A stretch of 64,000 bases of DNA from Anaerolineae bacterium (GTDB taxonomy: Bacteria; Chloroflexota; Anaerolineae; Aggregatilineales; Ch27). The DNA is taken from the NCBI GenBank assembly GCA_013178165.1, contig JABLXG010000001.1, positions 17,605 through 81,604 on the forward strand. The letters run 5' to 3'. Of this stretch, positions 47,972 to 57,734 are shown piece by piece (positions within the stretch are counted from its first letter, which is position 1; each line of letters opens with the position of its first letter). Below the pieces are notes generated by a model. The model ran no database searches, was not told where the DNA came from, and was given only the letters and a program-made list of their open reading frames with translations. The translations under genes and the position numbers were made by a program.

Positions 47972-48002
47972 CTTTATAACCGTTTAAATGCGATATTTAA
48001 TG

Positions 48003-48008
48003 TATAAT
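48003..48008 (+). promoter_or_regulatory. -10 element of the right-arm EPS promoter
   Basis: TATAAT in an AT-rich divergent intergenic region; no clear -35. Confidence 0.45.
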
Positions 48009-48078
48009 ATCGCCCGTTTTTCCGGATGAATGAGTTCTTTCGATTTTTGACTGGCCAAGCAAACAGAAGAGAGTTCCC

Positions 48079-49350
48079 ATGGAACTGCGTCAATATCTGC
48101 GTATTATACTGAGAAGCTGGTGGTTCATCATCCCAGTGACGCTGATCGCCCTGACGGCGTCCCTGGTATTCAGCTATGCAACCACCCCGATCTACCGCGC
48201 CGCATCGTCGTACGTGGCGGGCCTGGCCCCGGATGTTGGGGCTTCCTCTGATGCGATTATCTACGGCCTGGATACCCTGGCCGGTCGAGAACGCATCTTC
48301 TCGACCTATTGCGGCGTGCTTAACAGCCACAATGTGCGGCAGGACGCCTATCGCCTCATGGGGGTGAGCGATCCGGCAGGGCTGGGCCTGGACGACTATG
48401 TTGTCCAGTGCAATGTTCTGCCCGATTCCAACATCCTGTTGCTTATTGTGGAAGGCCCGGCGCCCACGCTGGTTACAAGGCTAAATGAAGCTGTTGGGTT
48501 GGCCGGGATGGCCCAGACCAACCGGCTATACCGACCGTTCCCGCTAGAACGGCTCGATCCGGTTGTCTTGGAGCCAGAGCCGGTGTCACCGAACTACACA
48601 CAAAATGCGGTGCTGGGCGCGGTACTGGGTCTGGTGCTGGGGATCACGCTGGCATTTGTGGTGGAGTATCTGCGCAGCCCACTCGAACGTATCGAGGGAC
48701 TGACCATCCGGGACCCGAAGCTCGGCGTGTACAACGAGCGCTACTTCCTCAGGCGGTTTGAGGAAGAGATCAAGCGGGCGCGGGTACGCAACCGTCCGAT
48801 CAGTCTGGCCTTCACCCAGCTGGTGCCGGATGAGGACTTCAACCTTCTGGAAGAGCGTGTGCAGGACGCGCTGCTACGTCAGGCGGCTCTGTTTATGCAG
48901 GATTCGCTGCGAGAGGGTGACATTGTGGCCTATTTTGGCCAGCATGTCTTTGGCTTGCTGTTCGCCGAGACGCCGGGGGATGAGGCCAGATCGATGCTGG
49001 TGAACATGCACTATGATATCCGGTCACGCACCTTCCGGTTTGAGGATTTCAGCGCCAGCTTTGAGGCTAAGTCCGGTGTGGTGGAGAGCAGCGGTGGGCT
49101 GCTGGGTACGCAGGCGATGATGGACAAGGCGGCTGAGGCGCTGAGAGATGCGGAACTGGCCGGGGAGAATGCCATCCAACTCATCCGTACGTCGCCGGCG
49201 CCGTTTATCCAGGGCGATACTACCGGTGCTGCGACACCTACGCTGGCGTTTGACGCTTCTCCGCTGGATGACACACTGGGAACGACCTGGAGCACGGGGA
49301 ATCAGCCCCCTGTCTTTGATTCGGAACCTGAGCTACGGGAAGATCAGTAA
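48079..49350 (+). CDS. Wzz/CpsC-like polysaccharide co-polymerase fused to a degenerate GGDEF domain with an RxxD site
   Basis: N-terminal MELRQYLRII.RSWW...TPIYRA, and PVSPNY..NAVLGAVLGL..G before TM2. C-terminal DPKLGVYNERYF, EIKRAR.RNRP.SL, LREGDIVAYFGQHVFGLLFAET and AGEN. Confidence 0.85.
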   Translation: MELRQYLRIILRSWWFIIPVTLIALTASLVFSYATTPIYRAASSYVAGLAPDVGASSDAIIYGLDTLAGRERIFSTYCGVLNSHNVRQDAYRLMGVSDPAGLGLDDYVVQCNVLPDSNILLLIVEGPAPTLVTRLNEAVGLAGMAQTNRLYRPFPLERLDPVVLEPEPVSPNYTQNAVLGAVLGLVLGITLAFVVEYLRSPLERIEGLTIRDPKLGVYNERYFLRRFEEEIKRARVRNRPISLAFTQLVPDEDFNLLEERVQDALLRQAALFMQDSLREGDIVAYFGQHVFGLLFAETPGDEARSMLVNMHYDIRSRTFRFEDFSASFEAKSGVVESSGGLLGTQAMMDKAAEALRDAELAGENAIQLIRTSPAPFIQGDTTGAATPTLAFDASPLDDTLGTTWSTGNQPPVFDSEPELREDQ

Positions 49351-50909
49351 TGGCTGATCGCGTGTTAGTCAGTCCTGGAAAAGATATCTGGCAGTATCTG
49401 GATGACCGCCGGGTGCGCTACCGGTTGCTGGTGACCGGATTTGCGCTGCTGATGATCATCGTGGCACTCATCGGCGGCTATTTGATTGGCACAACTGACT
49501 ATGACTACGCGGTTCTCTTCGGGGTCATCGGGGTAGTTGTGGCGATGCTCGTTGCCGTACGGCCAGTGCTGGGTGTGTACATCCTGACCATCACCGTGTA
49601 TCTCAACCTGTCTGATCTTCTGGAGATCAACCTGGGTATTCCCAGCGCCAACAAGTGGCTGGTTGCCCTGATCTTCGTTGGTGTGGTTGCCAACCATATC
49701 GTGCTGTATCGGCGTCCGCTGGCCCTGGGCAGAACGCAATGGCTTATCATCATGTACGGGGTCCTGCTGTTGATAGGGGCGTTGCAGGCTGAGGAACAGT
49801 CTGTGGCAGTTTCCCAGTTCACTGATTGGGTGAAGGATTTCGTCATCCTGTTTATCGTCGTGCAGGTGACCATCAACGCTCGAGTCTGGATGCGCATGCA
49901 ATGGTTGTTGATCCTTTCTGCGGGGTTAGTGGCGGCGCTGAGCGTCTACCAGATCGTGACCAACGATGTGGGCAATACGTTCTGGGGACTGGCCAAAGCG
50001 CCAGTGCATCAGATTACTAGCGGGTTTGATAGCACCCGTGTGACAGGTCCGCTGGATGATCCCAATTTCTACGCCCAGATTTTGCTGATGGTCTTTCCGC
50101 TAGCAGTGTACCGATTTCTTGAGGAACGTTTCCTTGTCCTTCGCGTAATGGGTGGCGTGGCGGCGGCATTGATCGCGGCTGCGGCGATCTTTACCTATTC
50201 GCGCGGTGCGCTGATTTCGCTGGCGGTGATTGGGATACTGGTCACCCGTGAGCGACAGTGGAGTCCTTATAAGGCTGCGGTGATTGCGGTTGCTGTGGCG
50301 GTCGTACTGGTGGCTATCTTTCCAGTGGGCTACTGGGAACGTTTTGTGCAGTTGCGCGACCTTTTTGTGTCGGACACAGAGTTGCAGACAGAACGCTCCC
50401 TGCGCGGACGCACGAGTGAGATGATCATCGCCTGGCAGATGTTCCTGGATCACCCGCTGCTGGGGGTCGGGCCGGGGAACTACGACAAGAACTACCTTGA
50501 CTACTCATTTCTGCTGGGCATTGACAGCCGACTGCAGGAACGGCAGGCGCATAGTCTGTACCTTGAGACCGCGGCGGAGCTAGGGGCGGTCGGTCTCGCT
50601 GTGTTGTTCGGCATAATCCTCAGTACGTTTGCCAGCCTGCGCAGCGCAAAGCGTATGTTGAAGGCCAGCCATCGATCAGACCTGATACCCTGGGTGACTG
50701 GTCTGCAGTACGGTTTTACGTCGTATCTCATCACCAGCATATTTCTGCATGGTGACTACATTCGATACTTCTGGCTTCTGCTGGCTTTTGCTCTTTCCAG
50801 CGAAGGGATAGCGCGGTCGTTGCTGCAACAACACCGGGCACGGAGGGAACGCGAGGCGGCGGGGAACCAGAATCTGTTTGTCTTGCGGGAAACAGTACGG
50901 ATTTCGTAA
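49350..50909 (+). CDS. O-antigen ligase/Wzy polymerase-family membrane protein
   Basis: About 12 TM helices; R..G...DPNFYA, TYSRGA, HPLLGVGPGNY and AHSLYLETAAELG. Confidence 0.85.
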   Translation: MADRVLVSPGKDIWQYLDDRRVRYRLLVTGFALLMIIVALIGGYLIGTTDYDYAVLFGVIGVVVAMLVAVRPVLGVYILTITVYLNLSDLLEINLGIPSANKWLVALIFVGVVANHIVLYRRPLALGRTQWLIIMYGVLLLIGALQAEEQSVAVSQFTDWVKDFVILFIVVQVTINARVWMRMQWLLILSAGLVAALSVYQIVTNDVGNTFWGLAKAPVHQITSGFDSTRVTGPLDDPNFYAQILLMVFPLAVYRFLEERFLVLRVMGGVAAALIAAAAIFTYSRGALISLAVIGILVTRERQWSPYKAAVIAVAVAVVLVAIFPVGYWERFVQLRDLFVSDTELQTERSLRGRTSEMIIAWQMFLDHPLLGVGPGNYDKNYLDYSFLLGIDSRLQERQAHSLYLETAAELGAVGLAVLFGIILSTFASLRSAKRMLKASHRSDLIPWVTGLQYGFTSYLITSIFLHGDYIRYFWLLLAFALSSEGIARSLLQQHRARREREAAGNQNLFVLRETVRIS

Positions 50910-50983
50910 GCGTTCGTTGTTGTGTCGGCCAGGGCGGTCAGTCAGTAAGCTGCTGCCCCCAACTATAGATAGAGAAGAATTCG

Positions 50984-53900
50984 ATGAGACTCCAGGTGCG
51001 TTTAGCTTCCCTTGCATTGTTAAGCGGTCTTGTAGTGCTCATACTGGCGGTCATCCCCGGCGTTACTGCCCAGAATCCGACCCCTACTTTGACACCTACC
51101 CCGGTTCCTTTGCCGGCCTGCCAGCTCTACTACGTGACTGTGGACGAAGGTGTGGTGCGCTCCTGCGCAGGAACGGGTTGCAGCAGAGTGGGTGGTGTGC
51201 GCAACCAGGAGGTTGTGTGCGTTCTGGGCGTTTCAGAGACGCCGGGCTGGCTTCTGATCGATCCAGAACCACAGAATGCTGATTCCCCGATTCGCTATAT
51301 CAGCGCTGACATTGTAGCTCCTGGTCTGCCTGGCTATACCGGGGATGTTGACTGCGAAGCCTGGGAGATCACTGTGCCGGAAGCTGTTGTCCGGCGCTGC
51401 GCGGCGGAAACCTGCGCTGTGGTGGGTGGGTTGCCACAGGGCACCCAGATGTGTGTGAAGGAGTACGGTGGCCAGTACGAAGACTGGCTGTATGTCGATT
51501 ATTCCAGCTATAGCCCGATGAATGGCTGGGTTTTCGTTGATGTTGCCCAGCGCATCCCTGCCGGGACTCCGGTCGCTATTCCTACGCCCAATCGGCCGCT
51601 GGTCATCCCGGCGTCGATCCTCAGCGGTGCACAGACTCAGCCGGTCGCTCTGCAGGTAACACCCTCCCCGACCACTGCTGTGGAACTTGCGCCGCCGACC
51701 CTCACGCCAACGGCCACACTTCCGGTTTGTCCGCCAGGAGTGGTGACAGTAGGTGGAGCGGGCGAGCTCCCCGCCTATGCAGCGGAGTATCCATTCCAGT
51801 TCACCTACGTTGTACGTGCTGGAGACACGCTTCAGGGGGTAGCCGGTCGATTCTCTACAACCGTAGACGTGATTCGTCAGGCCAATGCCCTGCAACCAGC
51901 CGCGGTTATCCTGGTAGGGCAGCGGCTTATCATTCCGGTGCAGACAGCAGATGTCCCCGGACAGATCGTGGAGCCTGTGTCAGCCAGCGCTGGTGCGCCG
52001 GCCTGCGTGACCGCAACGCCCACTCCCATTCTGGCGGCGCCTCAGCAGGTGGTGGCCAGTGGCCCCCTGATTGCGCAGGACGTCGCTCTGGCCAGCTTCC
52101 AGGTGAGCAATGTTGATCTGGTTTCGCCACGGAGTGCTGCACAGTTCCGGCTGGACTTGCCTACCGATTGGCAGCTGGATGGTAACAACGTTCTGTACCT
52201 CAACCTGGAGTACACGCAGAATCTCTCGCCGCTTGCTGATCCCATGCGCCCGCTGGTGAGCATCCTCAATGTCAGGCTGGATGACACGCTGATTTCCTCC
52301 ACGACACTGACGGCTGCCAACGTGGGGTTACAGACGCTGGTGATCCCGTTGCCCTCGTCGCTGTTAGTCACGCCTGAACGGACTAACAGCCACCGGATCG
52401 ATGTCACCTTTATGGCGGATGATTTCTGCGACAGTAACTCGCTTGCCAGGGCGTTCATTCGTTCGGACCTGTCATACTTCCACTTCGAATACCACCGGCT
52501 ATCTCCCAGCCTGGATCTGGCACGGTACCCGGAGCCGTTCTATCACGGGACGGTTATCGGCACCGAGCCGGAGACGGTATGGCTGGTTCTGCCAGATGAG
52601 CCTTCGCTGGCCGACCTGGAATCCGCAGCGGGTATTGCGGCGGCGCTGGGCCAGCTCACTTTTGGCGAATTGCGTATCCGTGCTGCACTGGCTGGCGGGT
52701 TGACCGATCAGATTCGCCGTGAGAACAACCTGCTGCTTGTCGGTGAGATCGGCAAGCATGCCCTGATCGATCAGTTGTATGCTGACAACGCTCTGCCAAC
52801 ACAGCTCAGCGGCAATGTGGTCAGGCTGAGCGGCCAGGAGGTAGCAGAATCGATCGGGCTTGTTCAACTCATTGCCAACCCGGATAACCCCATGCGCGCC
52901 ATCGGGGTAGTCACCGGTCTGAACGAAGCGGCGCTGCGCAAAGCAGCCCAGGCACTTTCTGGCCCGCCATCGGTGTTGAGCCTGGGCGGACCACTGGCGC
53001 TGGTCAGCGATGTGCGACCCAAGGCGGCAGTCCCGGTTGGCATGCGCACCGAAACCACGCTAACTTTTGCGGAACTTGGCGTGACGCAGATGCTGCTGGC
53101 CGGGATCGGCACACAGACAGCCAGTGTCAGGTTTACAGCGCCTGCCACGGCAACAATCGCCCCGGATGCCTCGGTTGATCTCATCTTCACCTATTCCGGG
53201 GCACTTGGCCGGGGTTCGACGGTGACCGTGTTGGTGAATAACACGCCCATCGCCAGTACGCTGCTGGCCCTGGAATCGGTTACCGGCGGCGTAGTGCACG
53301 AGACCGATGAGTTGGGCCGCAATCACCTGCGGGGGCGCATCCCGCCGGAAAGTATCCAGCCTGGCGCTGAGAATACGTTGACCATCCTGGTTAATGGCAT
53401 TGACAGTAACCCTGATGATTGCGTATTCCCCGACCCACTGGTTGCCTGGTTCAATGTCAGCCCGGAGAGTTCGATCTTCCTGCCTACCCAGACAGCTGAC
53501 CCGGCAGCCGTGACGCCGCTGTTAAGCTGGTTCCCGGTACCGTTTACCTCGCTGCCTGATCTCAGTGATGTGTTGATATCTTTGCCACGGGCGGCAGGCG
53601 CTACTGAGATCGAACAGGGTCTGCGGATGGTTGCGCGTCTTGGTGCGGAGACCGTTGGTGGGGAGGCGTTCCGCCCGCGGTTCAGCGTCGGAGACCTGCC
53701 GGAGGGGATCGACCTGGCCCAGTACCATCTGATCGTCATCGGGCGGCCGTCAACCAATCCGCTGCTGGCAGCTCTCAACGCTGATCTACCGCAGCCTTTC
53801 GTCCCGGGCACGGATACACTCGAGCAAAAGCTGGATGACGTAGTCTACCAGTTGCCACCCGGCTACGACGTTGGGTTGCTGGAGATAGTCAAGTCGCCCT

Positions 53901-54424
53901 GGTCACCGGAGCGAGCCATTCTGGTCATTGCCGGGTTGGGTGATCGCGGTCAGGCGGATGCCGTACGCGCCCTGGCGGATAACATCTACTGGCGTGGCGA
54001 TTTAGAAGGCGATGTAGTATTTGTCTCGCCGAACTCGATCGCTGTGATTGACACGCGTACGGTGTATGCGCAGGAAGATCTGGTGACGGCGTTGCCGGAA
54101 CTGGCCACCCAGTCGGCTATCGCGGCTCAGGCGACGAGCACCCCCATCCCGGTCTATACAGTAACACCCGGCCCAACGCCTACAGCAACTGCGACCAATA
54201 CACCGACACCGGTCGTTACCGCAACACCGATTGTTCCCTTGCCATCGCCGACGGCGCCGACACCGATCCCGACCTTCCCGCCGCTTGATCCGGAGCAACT
54301 GCAGCCCGCCCGGATCGGCCAGCCGGAGTGGGTCAATATCCTGCTGGTTATCACAGCGGTTGTACTGGTCACCACGATACTTTTCGGTATCCTGGTTGCC
54401 GCACGTTCCCGGAGGCGCCCTTGA
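50984..54424 (+). CDS. Cell-surface protein: two Cys-rich SH3b-like domains, LysM, BcsB-like repeats and a C-terminal TM anchor
   Basis: Signal peptide; LysM YVVRAGDTL...N.L...ILVGQRLIIP. Two jelly-roll plus alpha/beta repeats (QFRLDLP.DW...LNVRLDD...DLARYPEPF; LLSWFPVPF) as in BcsB, each followed by a ...LVIAG/VVTG strand. Ends with a TM helix and RSRRRP. Confidence 0.72.
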   Translation: MRLQVRLASLALLSGLVVLILAVIPGVTAQNPTPTLTPTPVPLPACQLYYVTVDEGVVRSCAGTGCSRVGGVRNQEVVCVLGVSETPGWLLIDPEPQNADSPIRYISADIVAPGLPGYTGDVDCEAWEITVPEAVVRRCAAETCAVVGGLPQGTQMCVKEYGGQYEDWLYVDYSSYSPMNGWVFVDVAQRIPAGTPVAIPTPNRPLVIPASILSGAQTQPVALQVTPSPTTAVELAPPTLTPTATLPVCPPGVVTVGGAGELPAYAAEYPFQFTYVVRAGDTLQGVAGRFSTTVDVIRQANALQPAAVILVGQRLIIPVQTADVPGQIVEPVSASAGAPACVTATPTPILAAPQQVVASGPLIAQDVALASFQVSNVDLVSPRSAAQFRLDLPTDWQLDGNNVLYLNLEYTQNLSPLADPMRPLVSILNVRLDDTLISSTTLTAANVGLQTLVIPLPSSLLVTPERTNSHRIDVTFMADDFCDSNSLARAFIRSDLSYFHFEYHRLSPSLDLARYPEPFYHGTVIGTEPETVWLVLPDEPSLADLESAAGIAAALGQLTFGELRIRAALAGGLTDQIRRENNLLLVGEIGKHALIDQLYADNALPTQLSGNVVRLSGQEVAESIGLVQLIANPDNPMRAIGVVTGLNEAALRKAAQALSGPPSVLSLGGPLALVSDVRPKAAVPVGMRTETTLTFAELGVTQMLLAGIGTQTASVRFTAPATATIAPDASVDLIFTYSGALGRGSTVTVLVNNTPIASTLLALESVTGGVVHETDELGRNHLRGRIPPESIQPGAENTLTILVNGIDSNPDDCVFPDPLVAWFNVSPESSIFLPTQTADPAAVTPLLSWFPVPFTSLPDLSDVLISLPRAAGATEIEQGLRMVARLGAETVGGEAFRPRFSVGDLPEGIDLAQYHLIVIGRPSTNPLLAALNADLPQPFVPGTDTLEQKLDDVVYQLPPGYDVGLLEIVKSPWSPERAILVIAGLGDRGQADAVRALADNIYWRGDLEGDVVFVSPNSIAVIDTRTVYAQEDLVTALPELATQSAIAAQATSTPIPVYTVTPGPTPTATATNTPTPVVTATPIVPLPSPTAPTPIPTFPPLDPEQLQPARIGQPEWVNILLVITAVVLVTTILFGILVAARSRRRP

Positions 54425-56619
54425 TGCCCTGCAGGATCTTCAGAGCAATCCTGATCATTCTGCTGGGGGTGGTAATTGGCTGTGAAGCAACCAGTGCGCA
54501 GAACGCACCGCTGACATGGTGGGTGGTGGGCAGTACAGTTAAGGTGCTGCCCACCGCCGTTCCTCCTGCACAGCCAGAAACACCTATCCTCCTGTATGCG
54601 GCGCGGCGGGAGTACGTCCCCTTCCAGATTGTGCTGCGTGCCAACCAGATCGCGCTCAAGTTTGATGCGCTTTCCGTGTCCTATCCTGAGGAGTACTTCG
54701 GCCTACAGCTCTATCGTGAGCAGTATGTGCCCATGTTGCATGTTCCGGATCCGGAGATAGTCTCGCTGGCCCGCCTGACGGACGCGGGCGCTATCCCTGA
54801 TGGATTGCGCCCATTTGATAGCCCCTTTGAGGTGCGGACTGAGCAACCCACCGTCATCTGGGCTGATCTCTATGTGCAACCGGAGACACCGCCGGGGGAC
54901 TACACGTTAACGCTGACCATCAAAGGCATGGGCGAACGCCGCGTTACGGTTCGTGTATACCCGGTTGATCTGGAACCGCAACCGGCGGTGACCGTGATCA
55001 TCCCTGAAGACGCTGACTGGACGATCCCCTTCTTTGGTGGCGATGATCCGACAGCTTTCCACCGGGCGATGAATACCTTGCTGCTGGCGCATGGTGTGGT
55101 ACCGGGGACTTTTGTGGCCCAGCCCGTAATGATAGCGGATGGCTGGGATTTCTCGCCGCTGGATGCGGAACTGGATGCGCTTCCGACAGGGGCCTTCTTC
55201 TATGCGCCCCTGCCGTACGACGATCGCTCCGGGCAGTATCTGTTGCGGGATGAACATGGCCGGCCTTATCAACAGGCCATGTTCGACGACCCACAGTTTG
55301 TTCGCCAGGCGGAAGCTTTCTTCCGCGCGCTGGCGGACTATCTGCGTAGCAAAGACCGCCTGGAAGGGGCGCTGGTATACCCGGATGATGAGACGCGCTG
55401 GGTTGGCGATGAACCATGGCATGCCGGGCCGCGTGGATATGCCCGGCTGTCCCGGTGGACGGCAATAGTGCGGGTGGCAGGGTTGCGCGTGACGGCTTCC
55501 GGCGTAGATCCGGTGCCGCCTGGCCCGGCTGAGCTTGGCTGGCTGGACCCCGATCTGGTGACTGATGATACCCACGTGCATGTGGATGTGCTGGATGCGG
55601 CACCGGAGGTTTTTGCGGCCTGGATGTCCAGGCCGGGCAAGAGCAGCAGCGTATACCTGAATGAATATGGCGATCTGATTGACCTGACAGCAGCGATCCA
55701 GCGTGGCCTGATCTGGCATGTCTACGCCAGGGATGTGCGGATGATTGCCGGATACTCGGCGCTGGAATGGGTAGGCAGCGAAGACTACGATCTGGTGGAC
55801 CCGTGGCAGGACGTGACGGCGCTGTACCCGGTATCCGGTTACGGCGGTGGTGCGCTGGTCTGGCCTGGGCCGCAGCCCTCAATCCGCCTGAAACTGTTGC
55901 GGGAGGGCCTGGAAGACACTCGCCTGCTGGACCTGTATGCGCAGGCCACTTCGCCTGAGGAAGCCCGCGACCTGGCCAGGCAGCTCACTCCCGGCCCGCT
56001 GGCCCACCAGAACCCGCCCGCTGATCTCTGGGATCAGGCACATGAGGCCTTGCTGGTGGCGTTGACTGAGGGTGAACGGGCAGACTTCAGTAACTTCCGC
56101 CCGCTGCCAGCGGCAATCACGCAAGACTACTTGCTGATCGATTTTGATCGGCTTGGCCAGCCAGAGGAATGGGGGTTCACCGGTGTGACGGCTGAAGTCG
56201 TTGAGTCGCCATGGGCGGAAAGCGGCCAAGCTCTTCGTCTTACATTTGATTCCGAAGCCAACGAGGCCGGGTTGTGGTTTGAAACGTCAGACTGGGAGGG
56301 GTGGCGGGCGCTGCAATTTGAGGTCAGGAGTCTCAGCCCTTACTTCACCACACTTGATGTTGGTCTCACAGATGCAGACGGACATTACCTGTTGTTGCCG
56401 GACAAAGGGCTGCTGCTAGGGCCGAACGCAGACATGACGGTCACCCTGCCGTTGCTGATTCCAATGGACGAGACGGAGCCTTTTGACTGGTCACAGATCA
56501 GGTATTTCAGCCTGCAGGTGGCAACTTCATATGAAGCGCGGGATGGATTCGGTCAGTGGGGTGTCTATCCGCTGGGGAGCCGTACCCTGATTCTTGATAA
56601 TTTCAGGCTGGTGAAATGA
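54424..56619 (+). CDS. Secreted DUF4091/GH123-like putative glycoside hydrolase with a C-terminal CBM-like domain
   Basis: Signal peptide; LYAARREYVPFQIVL, YPDDET, and G.LVWPG..PSIRLKLLREGLED. Start ATG 54424 overlaps the upstream stop. Confidence 0.7.
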   Translation: MPCRIFRAILIILLGVVIGCEATSAQNAPLTWWVVGSTVKVLPTAVPPAQPETPILLYAARREYVPFQIVLRANQIALKFDALSVSYPEEYFGLQLYREQYVPMLHVPDPEIVSLARLTDAGAIPDGLRPFDSPFEVRTEQPTVIWADLYVQPETPPGDYTLTLTIKGMGERRVTVRVYPVDLEPQPAVTVIIPEDADWTIPFFGGDDPTAFHRAMNTLLLAHGVVPGTFVAQPVMIADGWDFSPLDAELDALPTGAFFYAPLPYDDRSGQYLLRDEHGRPYQQAMFDDPQFVRQAEAFFRALADYLRSKDRLEGALVYPDDETRWVGDEPWHAGPRGYARLSRWTAIVRVAGLRVTASGVDPVPPGPAELGWLDPDLVTDDTHVHVDVLDAAPEVFAAWMSRPGKSSSVYLNEYGDLIDLTAAIQRGLIWHVYARDVRMIAGYSALEWVGSEDYDLVDPWQDVTALYPVSGYGGGALVWPGPQPSIRLKLLREGLEDTRLLDLYAQATSPEEARDLARQLTPGPLAHQNPPADLWDQAHEALLVALTEGERADFSNFRPLPAAITQDYLLIDFDRLGQPEEWGFTGVTAEVVESPWAESGQALRLTFDSEANEAGLWFETSDWEGWRALQFEVRSLSPYFTTLDVGLTDADGHYLLLPDKGLLLGPNADMTVTLPLLIPMDETEPFDWSQIRYFSLQVATSYEARDGFGQWGVYPLGSRTLILDNFRLVK

Positions 56620-57734
56620 CAGGCAGGCGAGACTACAGGGTGCTGCTGGTAGATCTGGCGCGGGCCTATGGGGGCGCAGAAGTCCGCGTGCTCACCCAGG
56701 CCAGGGCCTTGCAGGATGGCGTGGCACGGTGCGCTGTGGCAACGCTGGCAGGTAGCCCGCTACACCAACGGCTGATAGCAGAAGGCTTGCCGGCTGAAGC
56801 GATTGCCATCCAGCGTGGCAATCCGATCATGGCCGGTGTGCTGCGCCGAACCATCCGCGCTGGTCGCTACGAGGTTGTTGACGCCCACAATGTGCAGTCC
56901 ATCCTGTGGGGGCATCTGGCGGCGTTGCTGGCTGGGGCGCGGGGACGGGTGGCCACGATTCACAGCGACTATGGCCGGGAATATCCCGGCGTGAAGGGGA
57001 TACTCTATCGCAGCGTGCTCTGGTTCGACCGGCTCCTGGCCCGGCAGTATATCACCGTGACCGATGTGCTGCAGGCCAGTCTTACGGCCCGTGGCGATGG
57101 TTCCCGTAGTACCCTGATTTACAATGCAGTGCCAGTGCCGGAAGCGCCGTTGTTGTCAGTGGATCCGGCTGTGCGCCCGGCATGGGGAGTTGGCGCGGAT
57201 GATTTTGTGGTGGCGATCATTGCCCGCCTGAAACCAGTCAAGGGCCACTGGTATCTGCTGAAGGCCCTGGCGCTCCTGGCTGACCTGCCGCAGGTGAAGC
57301 TGCTGGTGGTGGGCGATGGCCCGCTGCGTCCGGCGCTGGAAGCGCAGGCGAATATGCTGGGGATTGCTGAGCGCGTGCACTTCTGCGGATTTGTGGAAGA
57401 TGTCCCGGCGGTTTTGCGGGCGGTCGATGCCGTCTGCCTGCCGTCGCTGTCAGAGGCGCTACCGTATGTAGTACTGGAAGCAGCCGCTTTTGCGCGGCCA
57501 TTGGTGGTCACGCAGGTGGGTGGGATGGCAACGCTCCTACGGGATGGCGAGACTGCCCGTGTGGTGCCGCCACAGGATGCGCCAGCTCTGGCGGAAGCCC
57601 TGCGCTGGGTAGCCACGCATCCCGTCGAGCGGCAGGCGATGGGTTTGGCTGCTTACGCGCTGGTCAAGGGTGCGTTCAGTGTGGAGACGATGGTGGCGAA
57701 GACGCTGCAAGTCTACGATCGAGCGCTGGCATGA
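56616..57734 (+). CDS. Glycosyltransferase family 4
   Basis: GGAEVRV, IARLKPVKGH, VVGDGPLR and PSLSEALPYVVLEA. Confidence 0.93.
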   Translation: MTGRRDYRVLLVDLARAYGGAEVRVLTQARALQDGVARCAVATLAGSPLHQRLIAEGLPAEAIAIQRGNPIMAGVLRRTIRAGRYEVVDAHNVQSILWGHLAALLAGARGRVATIHSDYGREYPGVKGILYRSVLWFDRLLARQYITVTDVLQASLTARGDGSRSTLIYNAVPVPEAPLLSVDPAVRPAWGVGADDFVVAIIARLKPVKGHWYLLKALALLADLPQVKLLVVGDGPLRPALEAQANMLGIAERVHFCGFVEDVPAVLRAVDAVCLPSLSEALPYVVLEAAAFARPLVVTQVGGMATLLRDGETARVVPPQDAPALAEALRWVATHPVERQAMGLAAYALVKGAFSVETMVAKTLQVYDRALA

